Part shown: positions 9,710 to 19,073 of the stretch, piece by piece
Layout: every line of letters starts with the position of its first letter
How positions within the stretch are numbered: the stretch's first letter is position 1
Source of the DNA: an uncultured Pseudomonadota bacterium
GTDB lineage: Bacteria > Pseudomonadota > Gammaproteobacteria > Steroidobacterales > Steroidobacteraceae
DNA: 64,000 nt
Assembly (NCBI GenBank): GCA_963727305.1
Contig: CAVSFM010000004.1
Coordinates: 6,385 to 70,384 of the forward strand
Direction: 5' to 3'
Notes under the pieces: generated by a model
The model's database searches: none
Told to the model about the DNA's origin: nothing
What the model saw: the letters and a program-made list of their open reading frames with translations, nothing else
Made by a program: the position numbers and the translations under genes

Positions 9710-10392
9710 CCGCCGGGACTCCGGTAGCGCGTCGGGTCCGCGACGCCGGCTTGCGCAAAACCGGCGCGCCGCAGGCGGCAGGAATCGCAGCGCCCGCAGG
9801 CGCGGCCCTCGGCGTCGGCCTGGTAGCAGGACACGGTCTGCGCATAATCCACCCCCAGACGCACGCCCTCGCGGATGATCTGCGCCTTGGTCCAGCGAAT
9901 CAGCGGCGCATGCACGCGCGCGGGCGCGCCCTCGACGCCCGCCCGGGTGGCCAGGGCCGCCAGCGCCTCGAACGCCGCGATGAACTCGGGTCGACAGTCC
10001 GGGTAGCCACTGGAGTCCAGCACGTTGACGCCGATGAAGAGGTCGCGCGCCTGCAGCACCTCGGCCCAGCCGAGCGCGAGCGCGAGCATCATCGTGTTGC
10101 GCGCCGGGACGTAGGTGACCGGGATTCCCGCCGTGGGCGTCTCGGGCACCGCGATCGCGCGGTCGGTGAGCGCCGAGCCGCCGATTCCCGCCAGGTCCAC
10201 CTGCATGATGCGGTGCTCACACACCCGCAGCGCGGCGGCGACGCGGCGCGCGGCCTCAAGCTCGGCCACGTGGCGCTGGCCATAGTCGACCGACAGTGCG
10301 TGGCAGGCGAAGCCCTGCGCCGCGGCGATCGCGAGCGCGGTGGCGGAATCCAGGCCACCGGAGAGCAGTACCACGGCGCGCGCGTCGCTCAT
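9706..10392 (-). CDS. queC: 7-cyano-7-deazaguanine synthase
   Basis: [28 protein letters not shown]...DYGQRH carries the SGGxDS PP-loop. The C-terminal [10 protein letters not shown] is the Zn cluster. ATG at 10392 overlaps the queE stop (ATGA). Confidence 0.93.
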   Translation of the reverse strand: MSDARAVVLLSGGLDSATALAIAAAQGFACHALSVDYGQRHVAELEAARRVAAALRVCEHRIMQVDLAGIGGSALTDRAIAVPETPTAGIPVTYVPARNTMMLALALGWAEVLQARDLFIGVNVLDSSGYPDCRPEFIAAFEALAALATRAGVEGAPARVHAPLIRWTKAQIIREGVRLGVDYAQTVSCYQADAEGRACGRCDSCRLRRAGFAQAGVADPTRYRSPGG

Positions 10393-11036
10393 TTCCCGGG
10401 CACGTTGCCCCACAGGTACTTGTGGAGCTGGATCTGGAAGCGCACCGGCAAGCGGTCCGCGAGGATCCAGTCAGCGAGCTCGCGCGCCGCGAGTTCCTCG
10501 TGACTGGGCGAGAAGAGGACCGTGCAGCGCTGCGACAGCTGCAGCGCCTGCAGCTGCGCGCGGCTCCACTCGTAGTCGTGGCGCCCGCAGATCACGAATT
10601 TCACCAGGTCGTGGGCGTTGAGCCGCTCGAGCTCCTGGTAGCGGTTACGCCGCTCCTCGCCGGAGCCGGGGGTCTTCACGTCCACGACCTTGATGACGCG
10701 TGGATCCACCTCATCCAGCGCCATGGCGCCGCTGGTCTCGAGCGACACCCGCAGACCCTCGTCGCATAAGCGCCTCAGCAGCACCGTGCAGGCGCGCTGC
10801 GCCAGGGGCTCCCCACCCGTGACGCACACGTGGCGCGTACCGAATTCGCGCACGCGCCCGAGAATCGCCTCCAGCTCCCACCATTCACCGCCGTGGAAGG
10901 CATAGGCGGTATCGCAGTACTGGCAGCGCAACGGACAACCCGTGAGGCGGATGAACACCGTGGGCAGGCCCACGGTGTCCGCTTCGCCTTGCAGCGAATG
11001 GAAGATCTCGGTGATCTTGAGTCGCGTCGCGCTCAC
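10389..11036 (-). CDS. queE: 7-carboxy-7-deazaguanine synthase (radical SAM)
   Basis: GTG at 11036 gives (M)[42 protein letters not shown] with the CxxxCxxC radical-SAM cluster. About 215 aa, the usual size. The longer ORF to 11231 would overlap cpoB. Confidence 0.9.
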   Translation of the reverse strand: MSATRLKITEIFHSLQGEADTVGLPTVFIRLTGCPLRCQYCDTAYAFHGGEWWELEAILGRVREFGTRHVCVTGGEPLAQRACTVLLRRLCDEGLRVSLETSGAMALDEVDPRVIKVVDVKTPGSGEERRNRYQELERLNAHDLVKFVICGRHDYEWSRAQLQALQLSQRCTVLFSPSHEELAARELADWILADRLPVRFQIQLHKYLWGNVPGK

Positions 11037-11056
11037 TGCGCGCCCCGTTGCGTCGC

Positions 11057-11845
11057 TTACTGTTCGGGAATGCGCTTGAGACGGTCCGCGGCCAGTTTCG
11101 CGGATTCGGTCCCCGGGTACTTCTTGGTCACGTCGGTCAGGGTCGCCTTGGCGGCCGGGTACTGCTTTTGCGCATACTGGGCGTAGCCGAGCTTCAGCAG
11201 CGCATCCGGTGCCTTGCGCGAATCCGGCCATTTCTTCAGCACGGTGCGGAACGATCCCCCCGCCGCCTCGTAGTCGTGGTTCACGTAGTACGCCTCCCCC
11301 AGCCAGTACTGAGCGTTCTCGGCCAGCGGGCTGTTGGGGTAGGTGGTGAGGAATTCCTTGAATCCCGCGATCGCGAGCGAATAGCTCCCCGCCTTCAGCG
11401 CATCGAAGGCCTGCGCGTACACCGCCTGCTCCGTCGATGAGGGCCCATTGTCCGCCGGCGCCGTTGCACCCGCCGCCGCAGCCGTGGTTCCGGCAGCCGC
11501 CCCGGCGGCGCTGCCCGCCGCGGCACCCCCGCCCCCACCGGGCGCCGCAACCGTGCCGTTACCCCCCAGTCGCTTGTCGAGATCCGCGTACAGATCCCGC
11601 TGTTGCTTCGCCAGGGCCTCGTTACTGTGCTCGAGTTCCTCGATGCGACCCTGCAGCTCGCGCAGCGACGCCTGGTTCTCGTCCACGTGTTGCGCCAGGG
11701 TCACCTGGTTCGCGACGCTGCGCTCGAGCCGCTCGACGCGCGCCTCGAGTTCGTTCTGCTTCACCTGAACCGGGTCCTCCTCCGGCGGCGTGCTGGCACA
11801 GCCGATCAGCAGGAGAGTGACACACGCGGGTAAGACTGCTCGCAT
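11057..11845 (-). CDS. cpoB: Cell-division coordinator CpoB (YbgF), Tol-Pal associated
   Basis: Lipobox-like N-terminus, a coiled coil (LEARVERLERSVANQ...LQGRIEELEH), an Ala/Gly linker and C-terminal TPR repeats (YAQAFDALKAGSYSLAIAGFKEFLTTYPNSPLAENAQYWLGEAYY). Confidence 0.9.
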   Translation of the reverse strand: MRAVLPACVTLLLIGCASTPPEEDPVQVKQNELEARVERLERSVANQVTLAQHVDENQASLRELQGRIEELEHSNEALAKQQRDLYADLDKRLGGNGTVAAPGGGGGAAAGSAAGAAAGTTAAAAGATAPADNGPSSTEQAVYAQAFDALKAGSYSLAIAGFKEFLTTYPNSPLAENAQYWLGEAYYVNHDYEAAGGSFRTVLKKWPDSRKAPDALLKLGYAQYAQKQYPAAKATLTDVTKKYPGTESAKLAADRLKRIPEQ

Positions 11846-11860
11846 CGGCTGTCCCTGTCC

Positions 11861-12439
11861 TTACGGCTTCACGGCGCCGGTTGGCAGCGCCAGATAAACG
11901 ATCTCGACGCGGCGGTTCTTCGCCCAGGCGGCCTCATCGTGTCCGGAAACCGCCGGACGCTCCGCACCGTAGCTCACGGTGGAAATCTGCGCATCGGTCG
12001 CACCCTGCAGCAGCAGGGAGCGCCGCACCGCCTGCGCCCGGCGTTCACCCAGGCCGATGTTGTATTCGCGCGAGCCGCGCTCATCGGTATGGCCCTCGAG
12101 CCGCACGCGGGTGCCCTGGTGGCTGGCGAGGTACTTGGCGTGCGCGGCGACCACATCGGTGCCCGACCCGGTGATCTCGCTGCTGTCAAAATCGAAGTAC
12201 ACGACACGTGTCGCCAGCAGCCCCCCCTTGGGTCCGGCAGCCTCGTCGTCGGCGTTCGCACCCGCGGCGCCATTGGCACCGGCGGCGCCGCTCTCGGCCG
12301 CTCCGCCCGACTCCTGCGCGCTTCCGGCTGCCGCGGACGGCTTGGGTTTCTTGCTGGCGCAGCCGCCAAGTGCCAGCGCCGCCGCCACCAGCAGTACGAC
12401 CAACGTGCGCTGCATTGATGATTTCTCCGCCATTTCCAC
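11861..12439 (-). CDS. pal: Peptidoglycan-associated lipoprotein Pal (OmpA-like domain)
   Basis: Lipobox LALGGCAS. OmpA-family core VYFDFDSSEITG...LEGHTDERGSREYNIGLGERRAQAV. The start could instead be the internal ATG at 12415 (MQRTLVVLL). Confidence 0.92.
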   Translation of the reverse strand: MEMAEKSSMQRTLVVLLVAAALALGGCASKKPKPSAAAGSAQESGGAAESGAAGANGAAGANADDEAAGPKGGLLATRVVYFDFDSSEITGSGTDVVAAHAKYLASHQGTRVRLEGHTDERGSREYNIGLGERRAQAVRRSLLLQGATDAQISTVSYGAERPAVSGHDEAAWAKNRRVEIVYLALPTGAVKP

Positions 12440-12467
12440 AATCCTCCGCCTTGGTATTGCGCGCCTG

Positions 12468-13799
12468 TCAGGGAATGAATGGTCCCCAGGCCGGTTCGCG
12501 AATCTCCCCTTCCGAGGCCTTGAGCCGCAGGCCGGTCAGGCCATCGGTCGAGACGGTCGCCAGCTCACCGCGTCCGCCCTCGCGCTCGGAATAGATAAGT
12601 GTAGCTCCATTGGGCGCGAAACTCGGCGATTCATCGAGTCGCCCGTGCGAAAGCGTGCGCATCGATCCGCTGGCCAGCTCCTGGACCGCGATGCGGTAAT
12701 TGCCTTTATCCAGCGTGACCATGCCCAGGAGCGTCCCGTCGGGGGAAATCCGCGGGCGCGCGCAGTAGGTACAACCGAAGGTGATGCGCTTGGGCCGCGC
12801 CCCGGGCTGGACCCCGATCTGGTAGATCTGCGGCGAACCGGCGCGGTCGGAGGTGAAGTACAGCGAGCGCCCGTCCGGGGCCCACTCCGGCTCGGTGTCG
12901 ATGGCCGGGTCGTCGGTGATCTTGGTGAGCGCCTGGGTCGTCAGATCGAGCACATAGATGTCGAGGTTGCCAGCGCTCGCGCCGAGCGTCAGGGCCAGGC
13001 GCTTGCCGTCGGGTGACCACACGGGCGCGCCGTTCACTCCGGCGCGCGCCGAGACCAGCCGCCGCTCGCCGGTGCGCACCAGCTGCACGTACACGGCGGA
13101 GTGCTTGCTTTCAAAGGACACGTACGCGAGCCACTGCCCGTCGGGTGACCAGGACGGCGACATGATCGGGTAGCGGTATTCGAGGATACGCTGCTGGTTG
13201 GCCCCGTCGGCGTCGGCGACCAGCAGGCGGAAGGTTTGTGCCGGGGGCTCGCCGTCGACGGCCACGTAGGCGATGCGCGTGGCAAACGCGCCGCGTACGC
13301 CGAGGATCTTCTGGTAGATCACATCGCTGGTGCGATGTGCCGCGTTGCGCAGCGCGCTGGCGCTGCCGGTGAAGCGCTGTCCCGCCAGACGCGAGCCGGT
13401 GAGCGTGTTGATGAGGTCGAAGTCGACCGCGAAGCCGCCACCGTCCATCGCGCTCACGCGCCCCACCACGACGTAGTCGCTGCCGACCGCCTTCCAGGCC
13501 GCCGTCGCCACCTCCTCGACGCGTGCCGGCGTGGCCGGCATGCGCTCCTGCGGCAGGGCCTTGAATCGCCCGCTGCCCTCAAGGTCATGCTGGATGACGC
13601 TGGCGACGTCGACCGGGACCTCGGCCGCGCCGTGCGCGAAGGGCACGATGGCGATCGGGACCGGATCGCGCACCCCGGAGGTGACTTCGATCTCCAGCGC
13701 CGCGTGCGCCGCAGGGCACAGCAGCAGCAACACCAGCGCCGCAACGGCGCCGCGGCAACCCGGCAGCCTGGCGAGCGGGGAATTTTCGTGTAAACGCAT
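12468..13799 (-). CDS. tolB: Tol-Pal system beta-propeller protein TolB
   Basis: 443 aa. Signal peptide, a TolB N-domain, then repeated SPDG/APDG propeller blades (SPSWSPDGQWLAYVSF, PVWSPDGKRLALT, EWAPDGRSLYFTSDR, PRISPDGTLL, SFAPNGATLIY). Confidence 0.95.
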   Translation of the reverse strand: MRLHENSPLARLPGCRGAVAALVLLLLCPAAHAALEIEVTSGVRDPVPIAIVPFAHGAAEVPVDVASVIQHDLEGSGRFKALPQERMPATPARVEEVATAAWKAVGSDYVVVGRVSAMDGGGFAVDFDLINTLTGSRLAGQRFTGSASALRNAAHRTSDVIYQKILGVRGAFATRIAYVAVDGEPPAQTFRLLVADADGANQQRILEYRYPIMSPSWSPDGQWLAYVSFESKHSAVYVQLVRTGERRLVSARAGVNGAPVWSPDGKRLALTLGASAGNLDIYVLDLTTQALTKITDDPAIDTEPEWAPDGRSLYFTSDRAGSPQIYQIGVQPGARPKRITFGCTYCARPRISPDGTLLGMVTLDKGNYRIAVQELASGSMRTLSHGRLDESPSFAPNGATLIYSEREGGRGELATVSTDGLTGLRLKASEGEIREPAWGPFIP

Positions 13800-13801
13800 G
13801 C

Positions 13802-14617
13802 TTAGTCCGGCTTAAAGTTGATCTTGAGGTTGCGCTCGAAGAGCGCCGGGTCCGGCGGCGGCGGCAGGGGGGAGGCGCGATAGACGGCCGCCTCGATCGA
13901 CTCGCGCACCGCCTGGTCCCCGTTGCACTCGCCAATACTCACTTGGGTCACTTCGCCTCCGGGCACCTGGGTCACATTCAACACGCATTCTATTCCGGCA
14001 CGGGCGGTCGGCGGTCGCAGCCACGCACGACTGATCTTGGCAGTGATCTGTGCCTGCCAGTTGGCCAGCGCCGGTCCGCTGCGCGCCACGTGCTCCTCGG
14101 CGGCGAGGCTGCGCTTGAGTTCCGACTCCAGATCGCTCTGCTCCTTGGCGTCCGCGGCATGCTGTGCCGCCTGCGCCGCTTCCTGCGCCTTGCGCTCGGC
14201 TTCGGCCTTGCGGCGTTCGTCCGCCTTGCGCTGCTCCTCGAGCTTTTGCCGCGCCGCCTCCTCCGCTGCCGCACGCTCCGCAGCCTGCTCTTCCCGCGCC
14301 GCCTGCACCCGTTGCTCCTGGCGCTCCGCCTCGCGCTGCGCCAGTTCCTCCGGCGTCGGCTGCGGCGGGGGCGGGGGCGGAGGCGGGGGCTGCGCCGGCG
14401 GCGGGGGCGGGGCAACCGCGGCCGGCGGCTGCGGCGCCGGGCGCTGCCCCTCGCGCAGCGCGCGCGCATCGACGACCGTGGCCTCGATGGCCAGCGTCGG
14501 TTTCGGGCGCGCCGGGTGGCGGAACAACAGCCAGCCGTACACCAGCGCGGCCAGCAGCGCCGCATGCAGCAGCACCGAGAGGGCTAAGGAAATCCAGTGG
14601 TCACTCCGGCGCGGCAT
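13802..14617 (-). CDS. tolA: Tol-Pal system protein TolA
   Basis: N-terminal TM anchor (WISLALSVLLHAALLAALVYGWLLF), a poly-Pro tract, a long Ala/Glu/Lys/Arg helical domain and a C-terminal TolA/TonB-like globular domain. Confidence 0.9.
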   Translation of the reverse strand: MPRRSDHWISLALSVLLHAALLAALVYGWLLFRHPARPKPTLAIEATVVDARALREGQRPAPQPPAAVAPPPPPAQPPPPPPPPPQPTPEELAQREAERQEQRVQAAREEQAAERAAAEEAARQKLEEQRKADERRKAEAERKAQEAAQAAQHAADAKEQSDLESELKRSLAAEEHVARSGPALANWQAQITAKISRAWLRPPTARAGIECVLNVTQVPGGEVTQVSIGECNGDQAVRESIEAAVYRASPLPPPPDPALFERNLKINFKPD

Positions 14618-14629
14618 CGGGCGTGCGCA

Positions 14630-15067
14630 TCAGGTCCCCGGAGCCCGCGGCGGTGGCTCGGTGATGAAGCCGATCTTGCGCGCACCGGCCTGCTGCAACA
14701 CGACCATCGCCTGCACTACGCGCCCATACGCCACCGCGTTGTCGGCCTTCACCAGCACCTGTGTCTCGGGTTCGCGCCGCAGCACCGCCGCGGCGCGCGC
14801 CGCCACGGTGTGCTCATCCAGCACCGCCTGTGGGTTGCCCCCGACGTTCAGGTACAGGTGTCCGGCGCGGTCGACGGAGAGCACCAGGGGTTGGAGTCGC
14901 TGCGCCTCCAGAGGTTCCGCGGCCGCCCTCGGCAGATCGACCTTGACGCCCTGTGTCAGAAGCGGGGCCGTTATCATGAAGATGATCAACAGCACCAACA
15001 TAACATCGATGTAGGGCACGACATTGATCTCGCCCATCAATCGCCGTCCGCGCGCGGTCTGTGGCAT
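14630..15067 (-). CDS. tolR: Tol-Pal system protein TolR (ExbD/TolR family)
   Basis: ATG at 15067 (MPQTARGRRLMGEINVVPYIDVMLVLLIIFMITAPLL), 4 nt after the tolQ stop. The conserved TM carries the Asp (YIDVMLVLL). Confidence 0.9.
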   Translation of the reverse strand: MPQTARGRRLMGEINVVPYIDVMLVLLIIFMITAPLLTQGVKVDLPRAAAEPLEAQRLQPLVLSVDRAGHLYLNVGGNPQAVLDEHTVAARAAAVLRREPETQVLVKADNAVAYGRVVQAMVVLQQAGARKIGFITEPPPRAPGT

Positions 15068-15071
15068 GGCT

Positions 15072-15770
15072 TCAGCGCTCCGCGGCCGCCGCCGGGGTGC
15101 CGCTGCGGCCGGCGTGCCGCTGCAGAATGGTCGAGAACTCCTCGATGAAGGCATCGAAGCGCAGCTCCAGGCGCGACACCTGGTCGGCGAAGCGGTTGTA
15201 GCCGACCACGGCAGGAATCGCCGCGAACAGCCCGATGGCGGTGGCGACCAGTGCTTCGGAGATGCCCGGCGCCACCATGGCGAGCGTGGCCTGCTGCACG
15301 TTTCCCAGGCCCGAAAAGGCGCTCATGATGCCCCAGACGGTACCGAACAGTCCGACGTACGGACTGGTGCTGCCGACGGTGGCGAGTGTCGCGAGGCCGT
15401 GCTCGAGCCGGTCGATCTCCTTGAGCTGCGCCACGCGCATGGCGCGCCGCGCCCCCTCGAGCAGCTGATCCGGTGGCGCTGCGCCCTGGCGCAGCCGGGC
15501 GAACTCGCGAAAGCCGAACTCGAAGATGCCGGCGAGGCCCGTCGCGCCGCCGGCCGACTCGATCGAGCGGTACAGCTGCGCCAGATCGTCCCCTGACCAG
15601 AAGCGGCTCTCGAAGCGATCGGCCTCGCGCTGCACACGGCCGATCACGCGGTTCTTCTTGAAGATGATGGCCCAGGAACTGAGCGACGCGAGCAGCAGGA
15701 TGGCGATGACGCCCTGCACCGGCACGCTCGCCTGCGCGATCAGGCGCAGAATTGACAGCTGGTCACCCAT
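15072..15770 (-). CDS. tolQ: Tol-Pal system protein TolQ (MotA/TolQ/ExbB family)
   Basis: ATG at 15770 ([39 protein letters not shown]...). The TSPYVGLFGTVWGIM signature is present. The start overlaps the ybgC stop by 1 nt (TAATG). Confidence 0.92.
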   Translation of the reverse strand: MGDQLSILRLIAQASVPVQGVIAILLLASLSSWAIIFKKNRVIGRVQREADRFESRFWSGDDLAQLYRSIESAGGATGLAGIFEFGFREFARLRQGAAPPDQLLEGARRAMRVAQLKEIDRLEHGLATLATVGSTSPYVGLFGTVWGIMSAFSGLGNVQQATLAMVAPGISEALVATAIGLFAAIPAVVGYNRFADQVSRLELRFDAFIEEFSTILQRHAGRSGTPAAAAER

Positions 15771-16185
15771 TAACTTCCCGCCTCCGCGCTCAGCAAATCG
15801 ATCAGAAAATCCGGCAGCCGCCTCGGCCGCAGGCTGTGGGCGTCCAGGCACGCCACCCGCACGCTCGCCTCCAGCAGCAACCGCGGCGTCGTACCGGTGC
15901 GCCGGATGCTCTGCAGGAAGCGCAGCGAGGCGGGCCCCTCGGCCTGCGGACGGCAGGAGATCTGCAGCTCATCGTCCAGGCGCGCCGGCGCGCGGTAATC
16001 GACCTGCAGGCTCACCACCGTGAAGAGAATGCCCGGCTCGCGTGCCAGCAGCCCCTGCGAGTGCCCGTGCGCGCGCAGCCACTCGGTGCGGGCGCGCTCA
16101 AGGTAGCGCAGGTAGTTGGCATAGTAGACGATCGCGCCGCCGTCCGTGTCCTCCCAGTAAACGCGTGCCGGCCATACAAATTCAC

Positions 16186-16189
<4 letters not shown>
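15770..16189 (-). CDS. ybgC: Tol-Pal-associated acyl-CoA thioesterase YbgC (4HBT hot-dog fold)
   Basis: 139 aa. [30 protein letters not shown] is the classic YbgC N-terminus with the catalytic Asp. Confidence 0.9.
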
Positions 16190-17226
<1,037 letters not shown>

Positions 17227-17238
17227 GGTCGTTTCGAT

Positions 17239-17829
17239 CTACTCCCGCACCGCGCCCTGCAGGGCGCGGCGGATCAGTTCCTCGGTGGAATGTGTACCGG
17301 TCCCGGCGCCTTTGAGCAAGCGCGTGGCCTCCCCCGGGCGGTACCCGAGCGCCACCAGGGCGGCGTAGGCTTCGGCCTCGGGACTGCCGGTGTCGCCGGC
17401 CCCCGGGGCACCGGTCGTCAGCTCCGGTGCCGCGAGCCGATCGCGCATCTCCACGATCAGCCGCTCGGCGGTCTTGCGCCCGACGCCGGGAATGCGCGTG
17501 AGGGCGGCGACGTCCTGGGACTGCACGCACTGCTGAAACTCGCTCACGCTGATGCCCGAAAGCAGGCCGAGCGCAATCTTCGGGCCCACCCCCGAGACCT
17601 TGATGAGGCTGCGGAACAGCCGACGCTCCGCCTCGCTCCCAAAGCCGTAGAGCACGTGCGCGTCCTCGCGCACGACCAGATGCGTCAGCAGCTGCACCTC
17701 GGCACCGATCGCCGGCAGGTGAAAGAACGTCGACATCGGCGCTTCGATCTCATAGCCGATGCCGCCGACCTCGACGGTCAGCTGCGGCGGAGACTTTGCA
17801 CTGATACGTCCACGCACTGACCCGATCAT
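17239..17829 (-). CDS. ruvA: Holliday junction DNA-binding protein RuvA
   Basis: 196 aa. MIGSVRGRI...VEVGGIGYEI and HhH motifs (LIKVSGVGPKIAL, LTRIPGVGRKTAERL). Confidence 0.96.
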   Translation of the reverse strand: MIGSVRGRISAKSPPQLTVEVGGIGYEIEAPMSTFFHLPAIGAEVQLLTHLVVREDAHVLYGFGSEAERRLFRSLIKVSGVGPKIALGLLSGISVSEFQQCVQSQDVAALTRIPGVGRKTAERLIVEMRDRLAAPELTTGAPGAGDTGSPEAEAYAALVALGYRPGEATRLLKGAGTGTHSTEELIRRALQGAVRE

Positions 17830-18338
17830 CGCCCACCCTGCGAGACAGCCGTGGCGGCGGCCGCGGCCAGCACCGCCAGTGAGCGCGCATGGGCGTGGCA
17901 GATGGCCACCGCGAGCGCATCCGCCGCATCCGCGCCGGGGCGCTCACTGAGGGCCAGCAGCGCACGGATCATGTGCGCCACCTGGAATTTCTCCGCCGAT
18001 CCGGAGCCCACCACCGCCAGCTTGATGGCGCGCGGCGCGTACTCGAACACCGGCACGCCGGGCGGTATGGCGCACAGCGCCGCGCCGCGCGCCTGGCCGA
18101 GCTTGAGCGCGCTGTCGACATTGCGGTTGACGAACACGCGCTCGACCGCGACTTCCGCCGGCGCGTGCTCGGACAGCAGCCGCTGCAGGCCCTCGAAAAT
18201 CAGGCGCAGCCGCGCGGTCGGCGCGGCGCCGGCGACGTTCAGGCAGCCGTGCGCGAGGGCCACCAGCTGGTTGCCGCGGCTCTCGATGAGTCCAAACCCG
18301 GTGCGGCGCGAGCCGGGGTCGATGCCGAGAATGCGCAC
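17826..18338 (-). CDS. ruvC: Crossover junction endodeoxyribonuclease RuvC
   Basis: GTG at 18338 gives (M)RILGIDPGSRRTGFGLIE, the canonical RuvC N-terminus, and about 170 aa. The stop overlaps the ruvA ATG (ATGA). The longer ORF to 18452 would overlap yebC. Confidence 0.9.
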   Translation of the reverse strand: MRILGIDPGSRRTGFGLIESRGNQLVALAHGCLNVAGAAPTARLRLIFEGLQRLLSEHAPAEVAVERVFVNRNVDSALKLGQARGAALCAIPPGVPVFEYAPRAIKLAVVGSGSAEKFQVAHMIRALLALSERPGADAADALAVAICHAHARSLAVLAAAAATAVSQGGR

Positions 18339-18378
18339 GGTCGCGGCGGTGCTGACGCGCGCGCTCGTCGCATCCGGC

Positions 18379-18975
18379 TCAAAGCCGCGCCAGGACCTCG
18401 TCCGATATCTCGACATTCGAATATACGTCCCGTACTTCGTCCAGGCCCTCAAGTGCCGCGAGCAGCCGCATCATCCGCTCGGCGCTCTCGCCACTGAGCT
18501 CCAGCGCGGTGGCAGCGCGCTGCGTCACCTCGGCGGTCGCCGGCGCAAAGCCGCAATGCGTGAGGACCGCGCACACGGTGTCAAACTCAAACGGGTCGGC
18601 CAGGACTTCGACCGAGTGATCGGCGCTGGGCACGACATCCTCCGCGCCCGCCTCGAGCGCCACGCGCATCAGCGCCTCCTCGTCCGTGCCGGGCGGATAG
18701 GTCATGAGCCCGACGGTGTTGAACAGGTAGCTGACCGAGCCGTCGGCCCCGAGACTGCCGCCGTGCTGGGCAAAAGCGCGCCGCACCTCGGTGCGCACCC
18801 GTCCCCCGTCATCCGTCAGGCAGTCCACCATCACGGCCGCACCCCCCGGCCCGTAACCCTCATAGCGGATGCGTTGCAGCCCCTGGGCCGCCGGACGCGC
18901 ACGCTCGCGGTCACGGCGGCGCGATTGCACGCTCTCACGGCGCTGGATGTTAGCCCACTTGCTATGTCCGGCCAT
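18379..18975 (-). CDS. yebC: YebC/PmpR-family protein, unusually short (198 aa; most of the N-terminal helical domain is missing)
   Basis: Starts with the canonical MAGHSKWANIQ and later shows IRYEGYGPGGAAVMVDCLTDD and the C-terminal domains. Only ~24 non-conserved Arg-rich residues link KWANI to IRYEGYG, where family members I know have ~70. Confidence 0.8.
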   Translation of the reverse strand: MAGHSKWANIQRRESVQSRRRDRERARPAAQGLQRIRYEGYGPGGAAVMVDCLTDDGGRVRTEVRRAFAQHGGSLGADGSVSYLFNTVGLMTYPPGTDEEALMRVALEAGAEDVVPSADHSVEVLADPFEFDTVCAVLTHCGFAPATAEVTQRAATALELSGESAERMMRLLAALEGLDEVRDVYSNVEISDEVLARL

Positions 18976-19073
18976 GCTGGAAGCCGCCGTAAAAACAGTC
19001 GCGTATGATAGCGGTAATCCTGCGCGAACAACACGTTGCGCGCCATTCCTGCCTCCGAAAGAGGCCTTCGAGC

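Noticed and set aside
13923-15014. Repetitive GC-rich DNA and a long antisense ORF across tolA, considered as a possible tandem repeat or CRISPR-like array
   Set aside because: The periodicity is simply the Pro-rich and Ala/Glu/Lys-rich coding repeats of TolA. There are no regular repeat-spacer units.
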